Source: Lama guanicoe (Eukaryota). Taken from it: a stretch of DNA of 64,000 nt. The position numbers and the translations under genes are program-made. Below the pieces are notes generated by a model that ran no database searches, was not told the DNA's origin, and saw only the letters and a program-made list of their open reading frames with translations. The stretch spans positions 1,302,001 to 1,366,000 of the forward strand of contig MU056123.1 of assembly GCA_013239625.1 (NCBI GenBank), written 5' to 3'. Of the stretch, positions 14,166-27,671 are shown one piece after another (the first letter of the stretch is position 1; each line of letters starts with the position of its first letter).

Positions 14166-16999
14166 CACAGTCTTTGGAACCTCTTCCAAAAAACTGGAAT
14201 ATGTCAAAAGTAAAACTCTACATTTCTTGGTGTGTAAACTGTTTCTGCAGATAGATGCAGAACTCACACCAGGGTGACAACGGTGTTGATCACAGGGGAG
14301 AGTGTGCATTTAGGAGGTCAAGGAGGAATGAGGGGACTAGATGGTAGGATGAAGTGTTTAGGGAGGCCTGGCTTGGAGTCATATTGTTAAGGGTCACACA
14401 GCCACTTCCCAGGTGTGTGACCTTAAGCAGGTGACTTCAACTCTCTGGGCCTCGATTTCCTCATCTGTAACATGGGCATCATTCAACTCCCTCTGCTAAG
14501 GGGTTGCTGTGAGGATTAAATGAGTTTAAACAGGAGTTCCTTTTAAGCACTTAATAAATGCTGGCTTTTATCATTACATGAAAGCCACGAATTGCTAACA
14601 AGGAAAATAGAAAATCATGTTTTACTTGTGTAATTAAAAATAAATGTAAAAACATGGGTTTTCCGGTAAGTTCTCCTGGTCAAATCTCAGTTCCTCCACT
14701 GCAGGGAAGAGCAGGAGTTGGGAAGAGAGACAACAGAGGCCTCCTCCTCCCCTGTGCCTGGAACCCCCAACACCCCTCCAGTCGACACCCCCCCATTTGT
14801 AAGTCTGACCTCATTCCTTCCAGCTGTAAGGGGATGAATCTTTAAAAGACCAGAAGATACTTGGCCTAAATGTGGCTCCCTGCCTACCCACAATGCCCCT
14901 CATCCGTTTTTTTTTGCAAGCCCTTCTGCAAGTGGGTCTGAGGCCATCCAGCTCAGGCAGGTTTAACATGAATGTGGTTCAGGCTCCTGGAGACCTCTGT
15001 GCACAGACTTTCCCAGACCTTTGCTCCCCCCATTCACATACTCCTTGTCTGTATCCATTTCCCTTTATCGCTGTAGGAAGTTCCTCCACATGTCTAACTT
15101 AAGTCCTTCTTGCTGGAAAGGGACCATTTTCCTTGGTGGAAGAGAACACGATTCCTACCTCATTCAGGATTCTTGCTGCTTTTCTCCGAGATACCCCAAT
15201 CTTTACCTGCATTCCCATCTTTCCTATTAGAAACTAATCAACTCTGGCTTCAGTCTTTCTTGTTTCAAATGGAGTGTATTCCTGGGTGGGGCGGGTGGAC
15301 GAGTGAGAGGGGTAAGCATCACACGACAGAGGCTCAGGGATCAGAGAAGTCCCCCACCCCCTATTCGGAAGGACCCAGGAACCCTCAACACCAGAGGAGT
15401 TTATATTTAGCGCTTCTCTGCTCCTCCCTCAGTGGCGCTGTCTCCCTCCCGTTGCCTGCCACCGCCTCCTCCCTGAAGCTGGGACGGAGCTTTGCCTGGA
15501 GATTGTGGGGGAAAGAGGCCTCTCCACTACCACCTCATGGCGGGGATATTGAGGACTGGGGGGTAGACAGAGGGGCAGAGAAGGGGAAGACTGAGGCAGA
15601 GAGAGGAAGAGGCTGGGGGACAGGGAGGCAGGACACAGCTGGCCCATTCCAGTGCCTTCTCCCTTTCCTCGGAGGGGTGGGAGGTGCCTTCCTAAGCCTG
15701 GCCAGCTTGGGGTGGGGTGAGCTGGTGAAGTCCCCCACAATGCGTCTCTAACTTTGGGAGGGGGTGGGGCCTCCCACAGCTGTTTCTGTTTCCAGAGAAG
15801 AATGTGCAGGGTCCCTCTCCCGGCCGGGGGGAGGGGCTGGGCATGCAGCCCCAGAGTCTGGCTTCAGCCTTTCTCCCCATTCCCCATCTGGGGAGGGGGC
15901 AGTTGAGGTCAGCGGCAGGGAGAGCCCCCTTCCCCCAACCTCGGCTCAGGTTTCCCCAAACGGGAAGCTCTGGCCACACACAGGCTTGGGGATGGGATCA
16001 GCCAGTGGAGCCAGGGTCTGGGGCCTGGCAGGCTAGGGGGATGGGAAGAGAGAGGGACAGAGACTTGGGGCAGAATGAGAGAGATGCAGAAATGCAAAGG
16101 AAGACCAGGGAGACAGAGGACTGAGAAAGCCAGAGACACACACAGAAAGTCACAGAGCTGTGGCAGTAGGGGGAAAGAATGTAGGAGAAAAGACCCAAGA
16201 AGAGGTTGGGAGAATTAAGAAATGACATAGAGAGGGGTGATGCTCCTTAAGTTATTCTGGAGACCTCTGCCTCATCTTCCACCACCAGATCTCCCAGGGA
16301 GTCTAGAAGTCAGACTCCCATGCTGCCTCAGTCTGCCACCTCTTGGGTGAGGCCAGGGCTGGGGCCAGGTAGGAAAGGAGGGAAAGTGTCACCAGACGGT
16401 CAAGATCACTGTGGGGTCCTAAGGGACCGTGAGTCTCCTCTCAGCAGTAATCCCTCCCTCAGGAGGCCCCAGGATCCCCTCCCCCCACCCCGCCCCCTCC
16501 TGAGATCTCCAAGCACACCAGGACTTAGGGAAGACAGGAGCCTTGGTATGGAGGCCCGAAGGGGGAGATGTGTGGATTCCGCTGTGTGACCTTGGGTGAG
16601 TCGCTTGCCCTCCCTGAGCCTCAGGTTTTTTCTCTGTGAAATGGGAACTATCACCCTCTAGCCCCCAAGCTGCAAGAAGACAACGCCTGCCAAATACTCA
16701 GCGCGGGCTTGACACATACTTGGCGCCCAGATGGATTTTCTTTGGGGAAGGGGTGTATAGAATGGGCCTGTACATCACACCAGCGTCTGGCGGAGGCGAC
16801 GCAGTCCCCTTCCCCAGTTTGGGGGCGGGGAGGCCTGATCCCTCCTCCCGCCCAGACTCTCCAGCCCCACCCCCTCTCCTTTCCCCATTTCCCCCGCCTC
16901 CCTCCCCCACCCGGACGGGTGTCTGAGCATCCAACCGAGACAGACAGACAGACAGACACAGAGGCGGGCAGAGGGACGGACGGACAGGCGGCCCCTCAC

Positions 17000-17248
17000 C
17001 AGCTGCTCNNNNNNNNNNNNNNNNNNNNNNNNNNNNNNNNNNNNNNNNNNNNNNNNNNNNNNNNNNNNNNNNNNNNNNNNNNNNNNNNNNNNNNNNNNNN
17101 NNNNNNNNNNNNNNNNNNNNNNNNNNNNNNNNNNNNNNNNNNNNNNNNNNNNNNNNNNNNNNNNNNNNNNNNNNNNNNNNNNNNNNNNNNNNNNNNCCCG
17201 CAGCCTACCCCGCTCGGGGCTCACCGGGAACGAGAAGGCCCGGATCAT
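17000..17248 (-). CDS. DACT3: DACT3 exon 1 coding part (mostly N-masked)
   Basis: GCCATG start, MIRAFSFPVSPERGRLR...EQL|gtgag; 249 nt. Confidence 0.92.
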
Positions 17249-17249
17249 G

Positions 17250-17770
17250 GCTGCGGCCCCCCGCCCCAGCCCGGCCGGGCCCCGCGGCCACCCCTCTCCC
17301 GGTCCCACCTCCCCGCCCCAACAACCCGCCTGCCCGCCCGCCCGCTGGCCCGGCTGTCACCGTCTCATCTGCATAGGAGCCCGCCCATTGGGCCGCCCAC
17401 CCGAGCCTTATCTGCATGGCCACGCCCCCGGCGACAGAGCAACCGTCGCCTATTGGCTGGTACGCTCCCTTACGAAGATACTTGCTGTGCACCCGCTCCC
17501 CCAACGCTACGCATGCTCGCAACTGCCTACTCGCCCGGCTGACTGGCCGCCTCGCCACGCCCCCTCTCACACCGTCCTTTGGGGCCTGGCCACGCCCCCA
17601 CGCGTCACAATGAAACAAGTCCGCCCTTTCCCCAATGTCATTGGTCCATGTCTCCTAGCTCCAGCAGATGGTTCTGCCCCCTTGCGGGAGAGTTCTGACT
17701 ACTATTGGACTGTCCCGTGAGAGGGGCAGGGGTAATCTATAAATAGAGAATGGGTCCACGTGACATTTTG
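17250..17770. promoter_or_regulatory. DACT3: DACT3 CpG-island promoter with CCAAT boxes, GC boxes, MEF2/TATA-like site and E-box
   Basis: CCAAT/ATTGG at 17387, 17452, 17632, 17640, 17704; CTATAAATAG 17737-17746; CACGTG 17757-17762. Confidence 0.75.
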
Positions 17771-18599
17771 GCAGCTGCTCCTTCCCTTCACCCTTCGTAA
17801 CTCTCAGCTTCGGAGGCTGCGCCGGGGGCAGAAGGGATAAGAGAGAGTTCTGATTTCGCCTCCTCTTCCACGAAGCCTTCCTAGATATTCAACTGTAAAA
17901 CTGTAGGGCCAGGCCAGCTAAGACCGACATCCTCCCATAAAATTATTTTTCTAAGTGGGGCCGGCTTCGCTGGCATACGACCGGCTAGAAGGGTCACCGA
18001 GCTTGGTTTAACACTCTGATGTTATTGTCTTGAAATTCTTATTTTGTGAACAAGGTGCCCTGAGTTTTCATGTTGCACTGGGCCTTTCAAATTAGATAGC
18101 CAATCTTACTTCTAAGAGTCTAAGATCGATCATGTCCCAAATTCTGGAATTATAAGACCCTGGGTGTAAGATTTTATGATTCCACCGGAACAGAATCTAA
18201 GCTTCTTTTGTCTCTCAGATGCTGCGAGGCTTTGCGCTCACCGTTCTACGATTCCAGAGGCCTTTGTTCTACGTTCTAAGAGGCTTTGTTCTCTGGCTTC
18301 TAAGATGCTCTGTTCTCAACGTTCTGTGGTTCATAAGAGTCTGAGCCTAACATTCGTTTCCAAGGTTCCGTCCTCCCTCTCCGGGCTCCGCGAGCGGGGC
18401 TGGCGCCCCCTCAGGCGGCCAGCCTGTGTCACTACGCCGAGCGTACGTCCCTACAATTTTCAAGATCTAGCGCCAATATTCATATCCATGTCTCATATAG
18501 ACCTTGACTCCCTGAAAACCAGAGCCCAGAAGACGTAGGACCCTCCGTTTTTTATGATCCTCCGTGCACCAAGTGACCTTCTGGCCCTGAGTTGGAAAA

Positions 18600-18810
18600 A
18601 CAGCTTTAGTGACTGAGAGCAGATTCCAGAACCAGACTGCCTGGGGTGATCCCCAGGTTTGCCACTTTCTAGTTGTGTGACCTTGGGAAACGTGCTTAAC
18701 CTCTCTATGCCTTAATTTCCTTAGCTGTATAAAGGGGGTCGCATTATTGCCTGTCTCAGAGTTGTTATGAGGATTAAGTGAGATGTTTGTCAAGTGCTTG
18801 AAGCAGTGCC
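18600..18810. mobile_element. MIR SINE
   Basis: Core tgtgtgaccttggg...cttaacctctct...tttcc...gttgttatgaggattaa. Confidence 0.65.
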
Positions 18811-20154
18811 TTCCATGTATAAAGAGCCAGAGAAGGGTCTAATAAATAAGTAAAAAATCATTTAAAGAGTCCCAAAGAGACTAATGAGCTGGATTTTAAT
18901 AGAGACAAACGTTACTCAATCTTCCTCTTGTTTAAGATGGACTGGGACTGTCCTTAAACTGCCTTAATTAACCAACAATAATGAAAGGGGATATGGAGAG
19001 CTCTCTCTCAAACAAGATTTTCTTAGTAGTTAGTGTCTGGGGTGATGTCAGGATTGGTTTTGATCCCTGCTGTTTGTGCAAGACCCACAGAACCATTTGT
19101 TATGTAAAATGCTGGATCTGGAGCTGATTTAGGGTTCTGGTCACCAGCCATTTGAAGATGAATATTCCTAGGAAGATAAATAAAGAGAATTATTAATAGT
19201 TGAATAAGGGAATAAAATCAAGATTTGAGACCAGAGGGCAGCTAGTTGAGAGGGTTCCAAGTAGGAGGTGAGGAGAGATCCTTGGCTGGTGAAGTCAGAA
19301 CAGCGGTAGCAATTTTGTGGATTTCCTTGTTGGCCTGTTGATGCGGATGACAATAGTGTCTGGAGAGTTCCACAACCCACAAGTCTCTCCCCTGGAAGCC
19401 CCTAACCTGGGTCCAAGAGTTGCCCACACATGGTCAGAGTCCATATTAAATACTTGGAGTTTACACACCAGCATTTGGTTTCCTGTTCCAAGGTTTCTTT
19501 GGGTTCTAATGAAAAAAGGAGATCATGGGCATCCTGAATCTTGTGTTCGCATGATTGTCAGCCTCTGCAGGATTTGACAGGTCTCTTATGTTTATAAGGA
19601 GTCAGGGCTGGACAGGAGAAAGCATGAAGTTTAGGTATTGACAAAAGGGAAATTGAAATGCTGATCAGGACTGCAAAGTCTCCACATGTAAATTATCCAT
19701 CATCAGGGGACAATTCAAGACTCATGGATGTAATTGCCTTGTTTATTTGAGTGATCAGAAAACAAAGGTTGATTAAAGGTGGAAAATCAAGGAGAAGGTG
19801 CAGGATCATGGGATGAGTCACAAGAGGCACGATGCCACTGATACAAAGAGAAATTCTTGGCGGCATCAGTTGACTTGGGATTAGTAATATTTTGATCTCT
19901 GGAAAACCCTGGTTGAGTTCAATGAGGAGGTGGTTCCTGCCATTAGAGTTGTTACGGTGTCATTTATTGCATAGATGTTCAGTGATTACAGAGACTGAGT
20001 CCCATGAAGGGGCCATTATGGAAGCTGAGCAAGAAGCATGTGAATCCTGATTCATAGATGGTGAGATAGGGAGAGCTTCCTGTAACAATCGAGCACTGAG
20101 TTGGGAGGGGTCTTGGAGAGGGGTATGTGGAACAACGCTGAATCCATCTGCAAC

Positions 20155-20250
20155 AATCCTATTTCCAAAATCCGGTCACATTCCCAGATACTAGTGGATA
20201 AGACATATATGTATATATTGGAGGGGAACACAATTCAACCCACAACAGAC
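20155..20250. mobile_element. MaLR (MLT1-like) LTR end fragment
   Basis: cctatttccaaa...ggtcacattc...acacaattcaacccacaaca. Confidence 0.55.
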
Positions 20251-21672
20251 CCAGAAACAATTGGAATTGCATATTAGTCTTGGGTGAAGATGAAATTAAT
20301 GATGGGGTAAATGCATCCTGCCAATAAGGTTTTACCCTCAGGTGCAACGTCATGCCCTAAATAGTGTACTTGTCAAAGTTTTAATTTGTCCCCAGATACC
20401 TTGCATCCCTCTGAGCCAGGGCCTGGAGTAGATATTGCGTGTCAGCGAGTGAGCTGTTGGATGAAGAGGGCAGATGGCAAGGTGATTAGAGAGGAAGCGC
20501 GAGGGAAAACCAAAGCCCTCCAGTTTACACTGAGAGTCTGAGAAAAGTACACAGGAGCTTCAGGGAATCCTTGAGACATACCTGTCCCTGAGTAGTGTTG
20601 ACTTTCCCAGGTGAAAACCAAAAGGGATTGTGAATCACAGTAAAGGCATGTGAAAGAAGGTGGAGATGTGGATTCACAAAGTACAGTAGATGGTGTTGGC
20701 AGGTACGGAGAGAGGCCAGGACGGTGTTTGGAGTGGAACTCTCAGGAACCAAGGTTTGACTGTTTTATTTATGGCCTAGAGGTCTTGGACTAGCCAGTAC
20801 CCCAGCAGTAAGTTTGGGGTTCTTGACAGACAATATGGAAGTGTTGCAGGGGCTGGAGGGGGTTGTCCGGAGGCCTTGAATAGTGAATGGGTTGAGGCCT
20901 TAGTGGGCCCCTGGTGTCAGACTTGTTGAGGTGGCTTCAGGAGGGGCGCATGGGAAAAATCGCTTTCCACTTTCAGAGGCTCAGCCTCCAAGATGCACCC
21001 TATGTATGTTGGGTTGGAGGCCCAAAGAGAATCGGGAACTTTGGTCAGCATATCGTGAAACAATGGCCCTAGGGGAGAGGTTGATGGTTATTTTAGAGGG
21101 CTGGGGGTGAGGAAGATGAATGATCTAAGATGGACAGTTGTTGCAGTCAGGGACTGTGAGAGACAGGCTCACCTGTGAATCTGAAATCTTAATGTTCCCA
21201 ACTGACAGAATATCCCTTGCTGAAAGATTTATTGGAGTAGTTTGAGGAAGAAACTGCTTAGTAAGGGGCCTAACGAGATGGAGAGTGGCTTAGACAAGGG
21301 TAAACAGTGTGGCATTTCATGGAAATCATTGCTGGGTACTGAGGGAGGAGAGGGTGGGAAGACTGATTAATACTTAAGGGGGTGGGAGTGGCCCCTGTAT
21401 CTACAAAACTGGTGGTAGATTGCCCATCAGTGGGGATGGGCATTTCCCCCTGTGAGCTGAGGCGTATTTCTGGACACAAAGGAGAAAGTCTGCTGGGAGT
21501 CACTGGGGAGACCAAATCTTAGGCTCGAATTCCTTTTTATATTTTAAAGCTGGGCAGTCTCAAGTCCAATGTCCCTTTTCTTTACAGTATCTATAGGTGT
21601 CTCTATCAAGATTAGATAGATGGTTTTGTGGTTTTTTGACAGCGATAGGATGGATTTTTAAAAATTCCTTTT

Positions 21673-21800
21673 GGCAGGGGGGTAATAAAGTTATGTATCT
21701 GTGTATCTATTTATTTATTTAGATGGAGGTACTGAGAATAGAACCCAGGACCTTGTGAATGCTTAGCACACATTCTACCACCAAGCTATCCCCGCTCCCT
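21673..21800 (-). mobile_element. Vic-1-like SINE
   Basis: tggaggtactgag...gaacccaggacc...ctaccaccaagcta. Confidence 0.75.
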
Positions 21801-22104
21801 CTAGGATTTTCTTTTTCTTTTTCATTTCCTTTTTTTGGTCTCTAATTGTTTAAGTAGTAGGACCTTAAATTGGGTTGTGTGGATTTGGTTTTATCTGCAT
21901 CCTCATGATGTTGGGCTCTTTTGGAATTTGTAATCAAAGCATTTTGCCAGTTAACATTATGTTTTTGATCATGTCTCTAATTTCTGGTCTCAGGATATTA
22001 ACCAAACTAGTGGCCAAGATAGAAGCAATGTGATTGTCAAGGATCGGGCCTGAGTAGTCTACACTCCTGGACTTCAGACCAATCTTTGTTGTTGTCGTTG
22101 TTGC

Positions 22105-22190
22105 TGTTAATGGAGGTACTGGGGATTAAGCCCAGGACCTCATGCATGCTAAGCCTGCGCTTTACCCCTGAGCTATACGTCCCCCCTCCC
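22105..22190 (-). mobile_element. Vic-1-like SINE
   Basis: tggaggtactggggatt...cccaggacctcatgcatgctaagc; TSD-like agacca(a/g)(t)cttt flanks. Confidence 0.75.
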
Positions 22191-23350
22191 AAGACCAGCT
22201 TTAGAAGGAGAGGCATTCAGGATGGAGTCTAAGACATTCCCCAATAGCGTTGTCTCAGATGATGCCTCAGAGGTGTTCTGGCTCATTTGGAGATCCTCAT
22301 TGACTGAGGTTCATTTAGCTTTTTCCAGTTAAAAGCTGCAACTCTGGAACCGACCAGCAGATGGACTAATTGATAATAAATTGAGAAGACAGGGAGAGTA
22401 AGCTCCCGGTACCTAGCCTAAATTGGCTGCTAAATACCGCCATATTTTTCTGGGGCTCAGGAAAATCTTTAACTATAATGTATAAGTCCAAGCATAACGA
22501 GGATGTAAACAGAACTTGTTCAAGCGCATGCTTTCATCACTTGCCTTCAGCTGCAGGGCCAAAAGTCCAGGAACAACGGGGAGCTAGGGAACTGGAGGGC
22601 AGGGGTCAAAGGAAAGAGGTTCCCTCTGCCTATAACCTCAGGGCCAAGGTGAACTTAAGAAGCCAGCACAGAAGAGCTGCGCCCACTGACCCCCAGGCTT
22701 GCTCTACGCTGCCCCACCCTCTTGGGCTCTCCCATTCCAGCCGGCTCCACTCTGGATCATGTCTGTCTCCCAACTGGACAGTGAACCCCCTGAAGATGGG
22801 ACCTAGGCTGTCTCCATCACCACCGTGTCCCCCGCAACACCTGTGCCGTGTGACAAATGGATGAACCAGCAAATGAGCGCATTCACTGTGTAGAGAAGAT
22901 ACCACATCAATTTAAGACAATACTATTGAGTATCAGCTTTCTACTGTGGACCAGACTTGTGCTAACTGCCTTGTTATTATTATTAATAGTGGTGGTTAGT
23001 AGCAACAACACCAAATAAAAAATAAGCCATTAAGCTATGAGATCGTTTGCTTTTCTCTAAATTCCTCACCCTGCATTCATACTCTTTCCATCTCTCCTCC
23101 ATTACTCTTCCCTCTCTTCGTTATGCTCTTCCATACCGCTCCCCTTTCTAGTCTTCACTCCTGGCAGTCCTCCCTCTCTCTATATGTTTAACCCGGGTAG
23201 TCCTCCTTCCAATACTCCTCTTCCTTCAATGCCCCCCATCCCTCCTCCATCCCATCTTCTTTCCAGGTGAACTCCATCTTGTTGAACAACAAACTAAGGA
23301 GAGTACAGTGTGGCCAAAGAACAAGGCCATGGGGCCAGAGATGAGTCCAT

Positions 23351-23356
23351 TTTAAT
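23351..23356 (-). terminator. PRKD2: PRKD2 polyadenylation signal ATTAAA
   Basis: tttaat on plus strand about 200 nt after the stop codon. Confidence 0.6.
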
Positions 23357-23553
23357 TGCTGGGGAATTAATTTTGTAAATTAACCCAGGCCCCGACCCCA
23401 CCCCGCCATGCCCCTCCCTCGGGGCGTGTCCCATCCAGTTTGGGCAGGAAGCTGCTTCCCCTAGAACAGTTCATCGCTGGGATGGTGTGAAGGGCCGCTC
23501 TTCGAGGGCGGGAGGACAGCACCACAAGGCAGCCGGGGCGGGATCACCAGGCC

Positions 23554-23766
23554 TCAGAGGAGGCTGATGCGCTCCGCTAGCCCCTGCATCTCGTGGTCCT
23601 GGGGTGGGAAGATCCCACCAAGCTCCCCGTCGGCTGGCAGCCCCGGCCCGGGCAGTGGGTGCTCTGCCACGAACTGCTCCCAGCGCGCGTCGTCACTCTC
23701 ATGCGTGATGTATCGCTCGCCCATCTTCCCCTCCAGCTCTCGGAGGTCCAGCCACGTCTGGTACTC
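23554..23766 (-). CDS. PRKD2: PRKD2 exon 18
   Basis: EYQTWLDLRELEGKMGERYITHESDDARWE...GLAERISLL*. Confidence 0.93.
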   Translation of the reverse strand, partial: EYQTWLDLRELEGKMGERYITHESDDARWEQFVAEHPLPGPGLPADGELGGIFPPQDHEMQGLAERISLL

Positions 23767-24014
23767 CTGGGCCCGGGAGAACAGGGGTTAGTTCTGTGCC
23801 GCACCAAGGTAGCCAATAGTGCGCCGCCAGTGAGAAGCCGGGTACCAAGGAAGGTGAAGCCACACCCTTCACAACACATCCCTCCAATTAGCTCCACCCC
23901 CTTCTACAGCCAGCCAATGGGAGGCTCAGCCACGATCCCTATCTTCGGAAAATGTACCTACATCCATCACTACCTGCGCAACCAATAAGAGATCTGGTTC
24001 CACCTCTTCCTCTA

Positions 24015-24296
<282 letters not shown>

Positions 24297-24799
24297 TTAC
24301 TCACCCATCCATTTCCTCATTAAATTACATTTATCTACCCGCTCCCTCACGCGGCACACACATGAGATCCTACATCTCTTCACCAAGTCTCTACCTCAGT
24401 TTCCCCATTCCTATGTCACCTTCCTAAGTTTTGTCACACACAGGTACATACAGGTACACCTGTGCTATTCTTCACTTAGTATTTTTCTTTAAGCCAACTC
24501 ATTTACCCAAGCTTACTGGGATATGGACAAAGGAAGTTGGAAAACATTGTGTATAATATGCTGCCATCTATGTAAAAGGGGAAATAAGAAAATATATGCC
24601 CACATATCAGCTCACATATATATAAAAAGAGACTTGTAATAGTCATTGCCTTTGGGAAGAATGGCAGAAAAAAGAGTAAGAGAGAATTTTCACTTTAGAC
24701 ACTTTTGTATATACAAAAATTTGAACCATGTACATAAACCCCGTAAAAATTGGTACATTTTTGTTTTAAATCAATTCACTCTTTTTTTCCAATTTACTT

Positions 24800-24888
24800 T
24801 TTTTTAAATGGAGGTACTGGGGATTGAACCCAGGACTTCATGCAGGCTAAGCATGCACTCTGCCACTAAGCTATTATCGCCCCCTCCA
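24800..24888 (-). mobile_element. Vic-1-like SINE
   Basis: tggaggtactggggattgaacccagg...gcactctgccact. Confidence 0.75.
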
Positions 24889-25231
24889 ATATAATTTTAA
24901 AGTGAAAATGAATTACATAAAATGGAAACTTTACATCACCCTAGTCAAGGGAAATTCAAATATCATTTGCCATATCCACAAAAATAAAATGGGTCAAAAC
25001 AATAAGATGCCAGTCACTGGTTCCCTGAAGAAGGCCCAAAGATGGAGGCCTGTTCTTTACGAAAAGGAGGCTCACCGAGTGTCAGGCATTCAAGACAAAC
25101 CAGCATTCATCCAAGGCTCCCTCCTTGATCATAAGCCTCGAAAGAAGGCCTCACTGTGTAAACCCCTCTGAGGACAGGCCTTCTCCACACAGGCTCCCTC
25201 ACACACATCCATCCACGTTCAAAGTCACTCA

Positions 25232-25852
<621 letters not shown>

Positions 25853-26429
25853 CTATCTCAAAGGGCTGTAGTGAGGACTGCATGAGTCCATCTGTCTAAA
25901 GCTCACAGGACAATAAATGCCTGGCATGTAGTGAGGGCTCCCTGCCACTATACCTCTGTTACGTGGAACAAGTCTCAACCTCCTCTTGCCTCTGTTTCCT
26001 TTTTTGCATAATGGAGACATGATAAAGTCCTTACCTTAAAGGGAAGCCATATGGATTGAAAGAGCAAATACATGGAAAGTGTCAGGACCAGCGGTGGGCA
26101 CACAGAGAGCCTTGGTGATCTCAGTGGAGGGACCTAACTTCTCCCAGCCCCAGTTTTGTTATCTGGATTGGGGATGTTAACAACAGCTGCCTCTCAGGTT
26201 TCCCTGGGGGTTAAATGGGACCCAGCTTGTAAACCACTGACCATGGTATCCAGACAGTAACGGGTGTGAAAGTACCTTGCCTTTGTTGGAGGCAGTCTAG
26301 GGTCATGAAGAGGTTTTAGAGCTGGCAAGACCTGGGTTCAAGGTCCTGTCTGTGGCCTAGCAGCCCACAGGCAGCTGCCACCACTATTCACATACTATCC
26401 CTCCCCTACTCAAAACACTTCTACCGATC

Positions 26430-26825
26430 TGACAATGAATATTATTCAACCATAAGAAGACATGAAATACTGACACATGCTACAACATAAATGAACCTTG
26501 AAAACATTAACTCAAAGAAGCCAGTTACAAAGGACCACACATCATATTATTGCATATGCCATTTATATGTATTGTTTATTCCATTTATATGAAATGCCCA
26601 GAATAGGCAAATCCACAAAGTAGATTCGTGGTTGGGGGTGGTGGGATGGTGAGATTGGAGGATGATGGCTAAGAGGGATGAGGTTTCCTTTGCAGTGATG
26701 AAAATGTTCTAAAATTGAGTGCTGTTACACAACTCTGAATACACTAAAAGCTACTGAACTGTATACTTTAAATTGGTGAATCGTATAATAATATGTGAAT
26801 TATATCTCAAAAAAGCTGTTAAAAA
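26430..26825 (+). mobile_element. L1MB-like 3' end
   Basis: tgctacaacat..atgaaccttgaaaacatt, ccagaataggcaaatcca, gaattatatctcaa tail. Confidence 0.7.
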
Positions 26826-27049
26826 ACCAAAAGTACAGTTCTTTCCACCACAGGGCCTTTGCAAAGGCTGTTCTGACTGCCTAGAACACTATCCCTCCCC
26901 AGAACTACTCTTTCTTCAGATAGTTTTTTTTCTCCAACTGGGTTATACAGTTACATGAGCTCGTGGAACTGTGTCACAGAACTCATCACAGATATAATTA
27001 CATTTCTGTGACAAATTTGATCAACATTTGCTCTTCCCTCTATGATCTG

Positions 27050-27668
27050 TGCTGTCTAATATGGTGGTCACTGGCCACATGTGGTTGCTGAGCTCTTGAA
27101 TGTGGCAAGTTCAACTGAGCAACTATTATTTATTTATTTTATTTTACTTCTTTTTTAGAAATTATTTTATTTTTTGTTTTTTTGGGGGGTTATTAGGTTT
27201 GTTTATTTCTTTATTTTAATGGAGGTAGGTACTGAGGATTAAACCCATGACCTTTTGCATGCCAAGCACACACTCTACCATTGAGCTACACCCTCCCCAC
27301 TATTTTTTTATTTAATTTTAATTGATTTACATTTTAAAAGGGATCCTGGATTTAGTTATTGGAAGACTTGTGAACATGCTTGGAATAACTCGAGTGTGTC
27401 AGTTTTCTTTTCTGACTGTTAATTTTATAAACTCTAAGTACAAAATTAAGTATTTCTGATGGAAATTTTATATCTGAATTAAAGAATATTTCATTAATGT
27501 TTATGTTGATTACATGTTAGAAAGGTATTATTTAGATATACTAGGATAAAGTATATTATTAAAGTTAATTTCACCAGTTTCTTTTTACATTTTAAAATGT
27601 GGCTATCAGAAAATGTAAAATTGTAGATACGGTTCATATTATATTTCTAGTTGGGTATTATTGCTCTA
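27050..27668. mobile_element. hAT-Charlie (MER33/Charlie1-like) element with a Vic-1-like SINE inserted at about 27185-27300
   Basis: gctgtctaatatggtggtcactggccacatgtgg start and aaaatgtggcta end. Confidence 0.55.
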
Positions 27669-27671
27669 AAT

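Larger units (their letters stand above)
9247..17248 (-). other. DACT3: DACT3 gene coding span (4 exons; 1896 nt; 631 aa), dishevelled-binding antagonist of beta-catenin 3
   Basis: Exons 249+97+153+1397 nt join in frame through GT-AG sites; N-terminus MIRAFSFP, C-terminus [16 protein letters not shown]. Confidence 0.95.
18870..22480 (-). mobile_element. Decayed class I (ERV1-like) endogenous retrovirus internal region: gag-pro-pol remnants, possibly env
   Basis: Zinc knuckle YRYCKEKGHWT*DCP (21551-21595), protease FVDTGA (about 21390), RT N-terminal CNTSILSVKNP and LVQDL*AINKT (20761-20847) in retroviral order; boundaries approximate. Confidence 0.75.
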
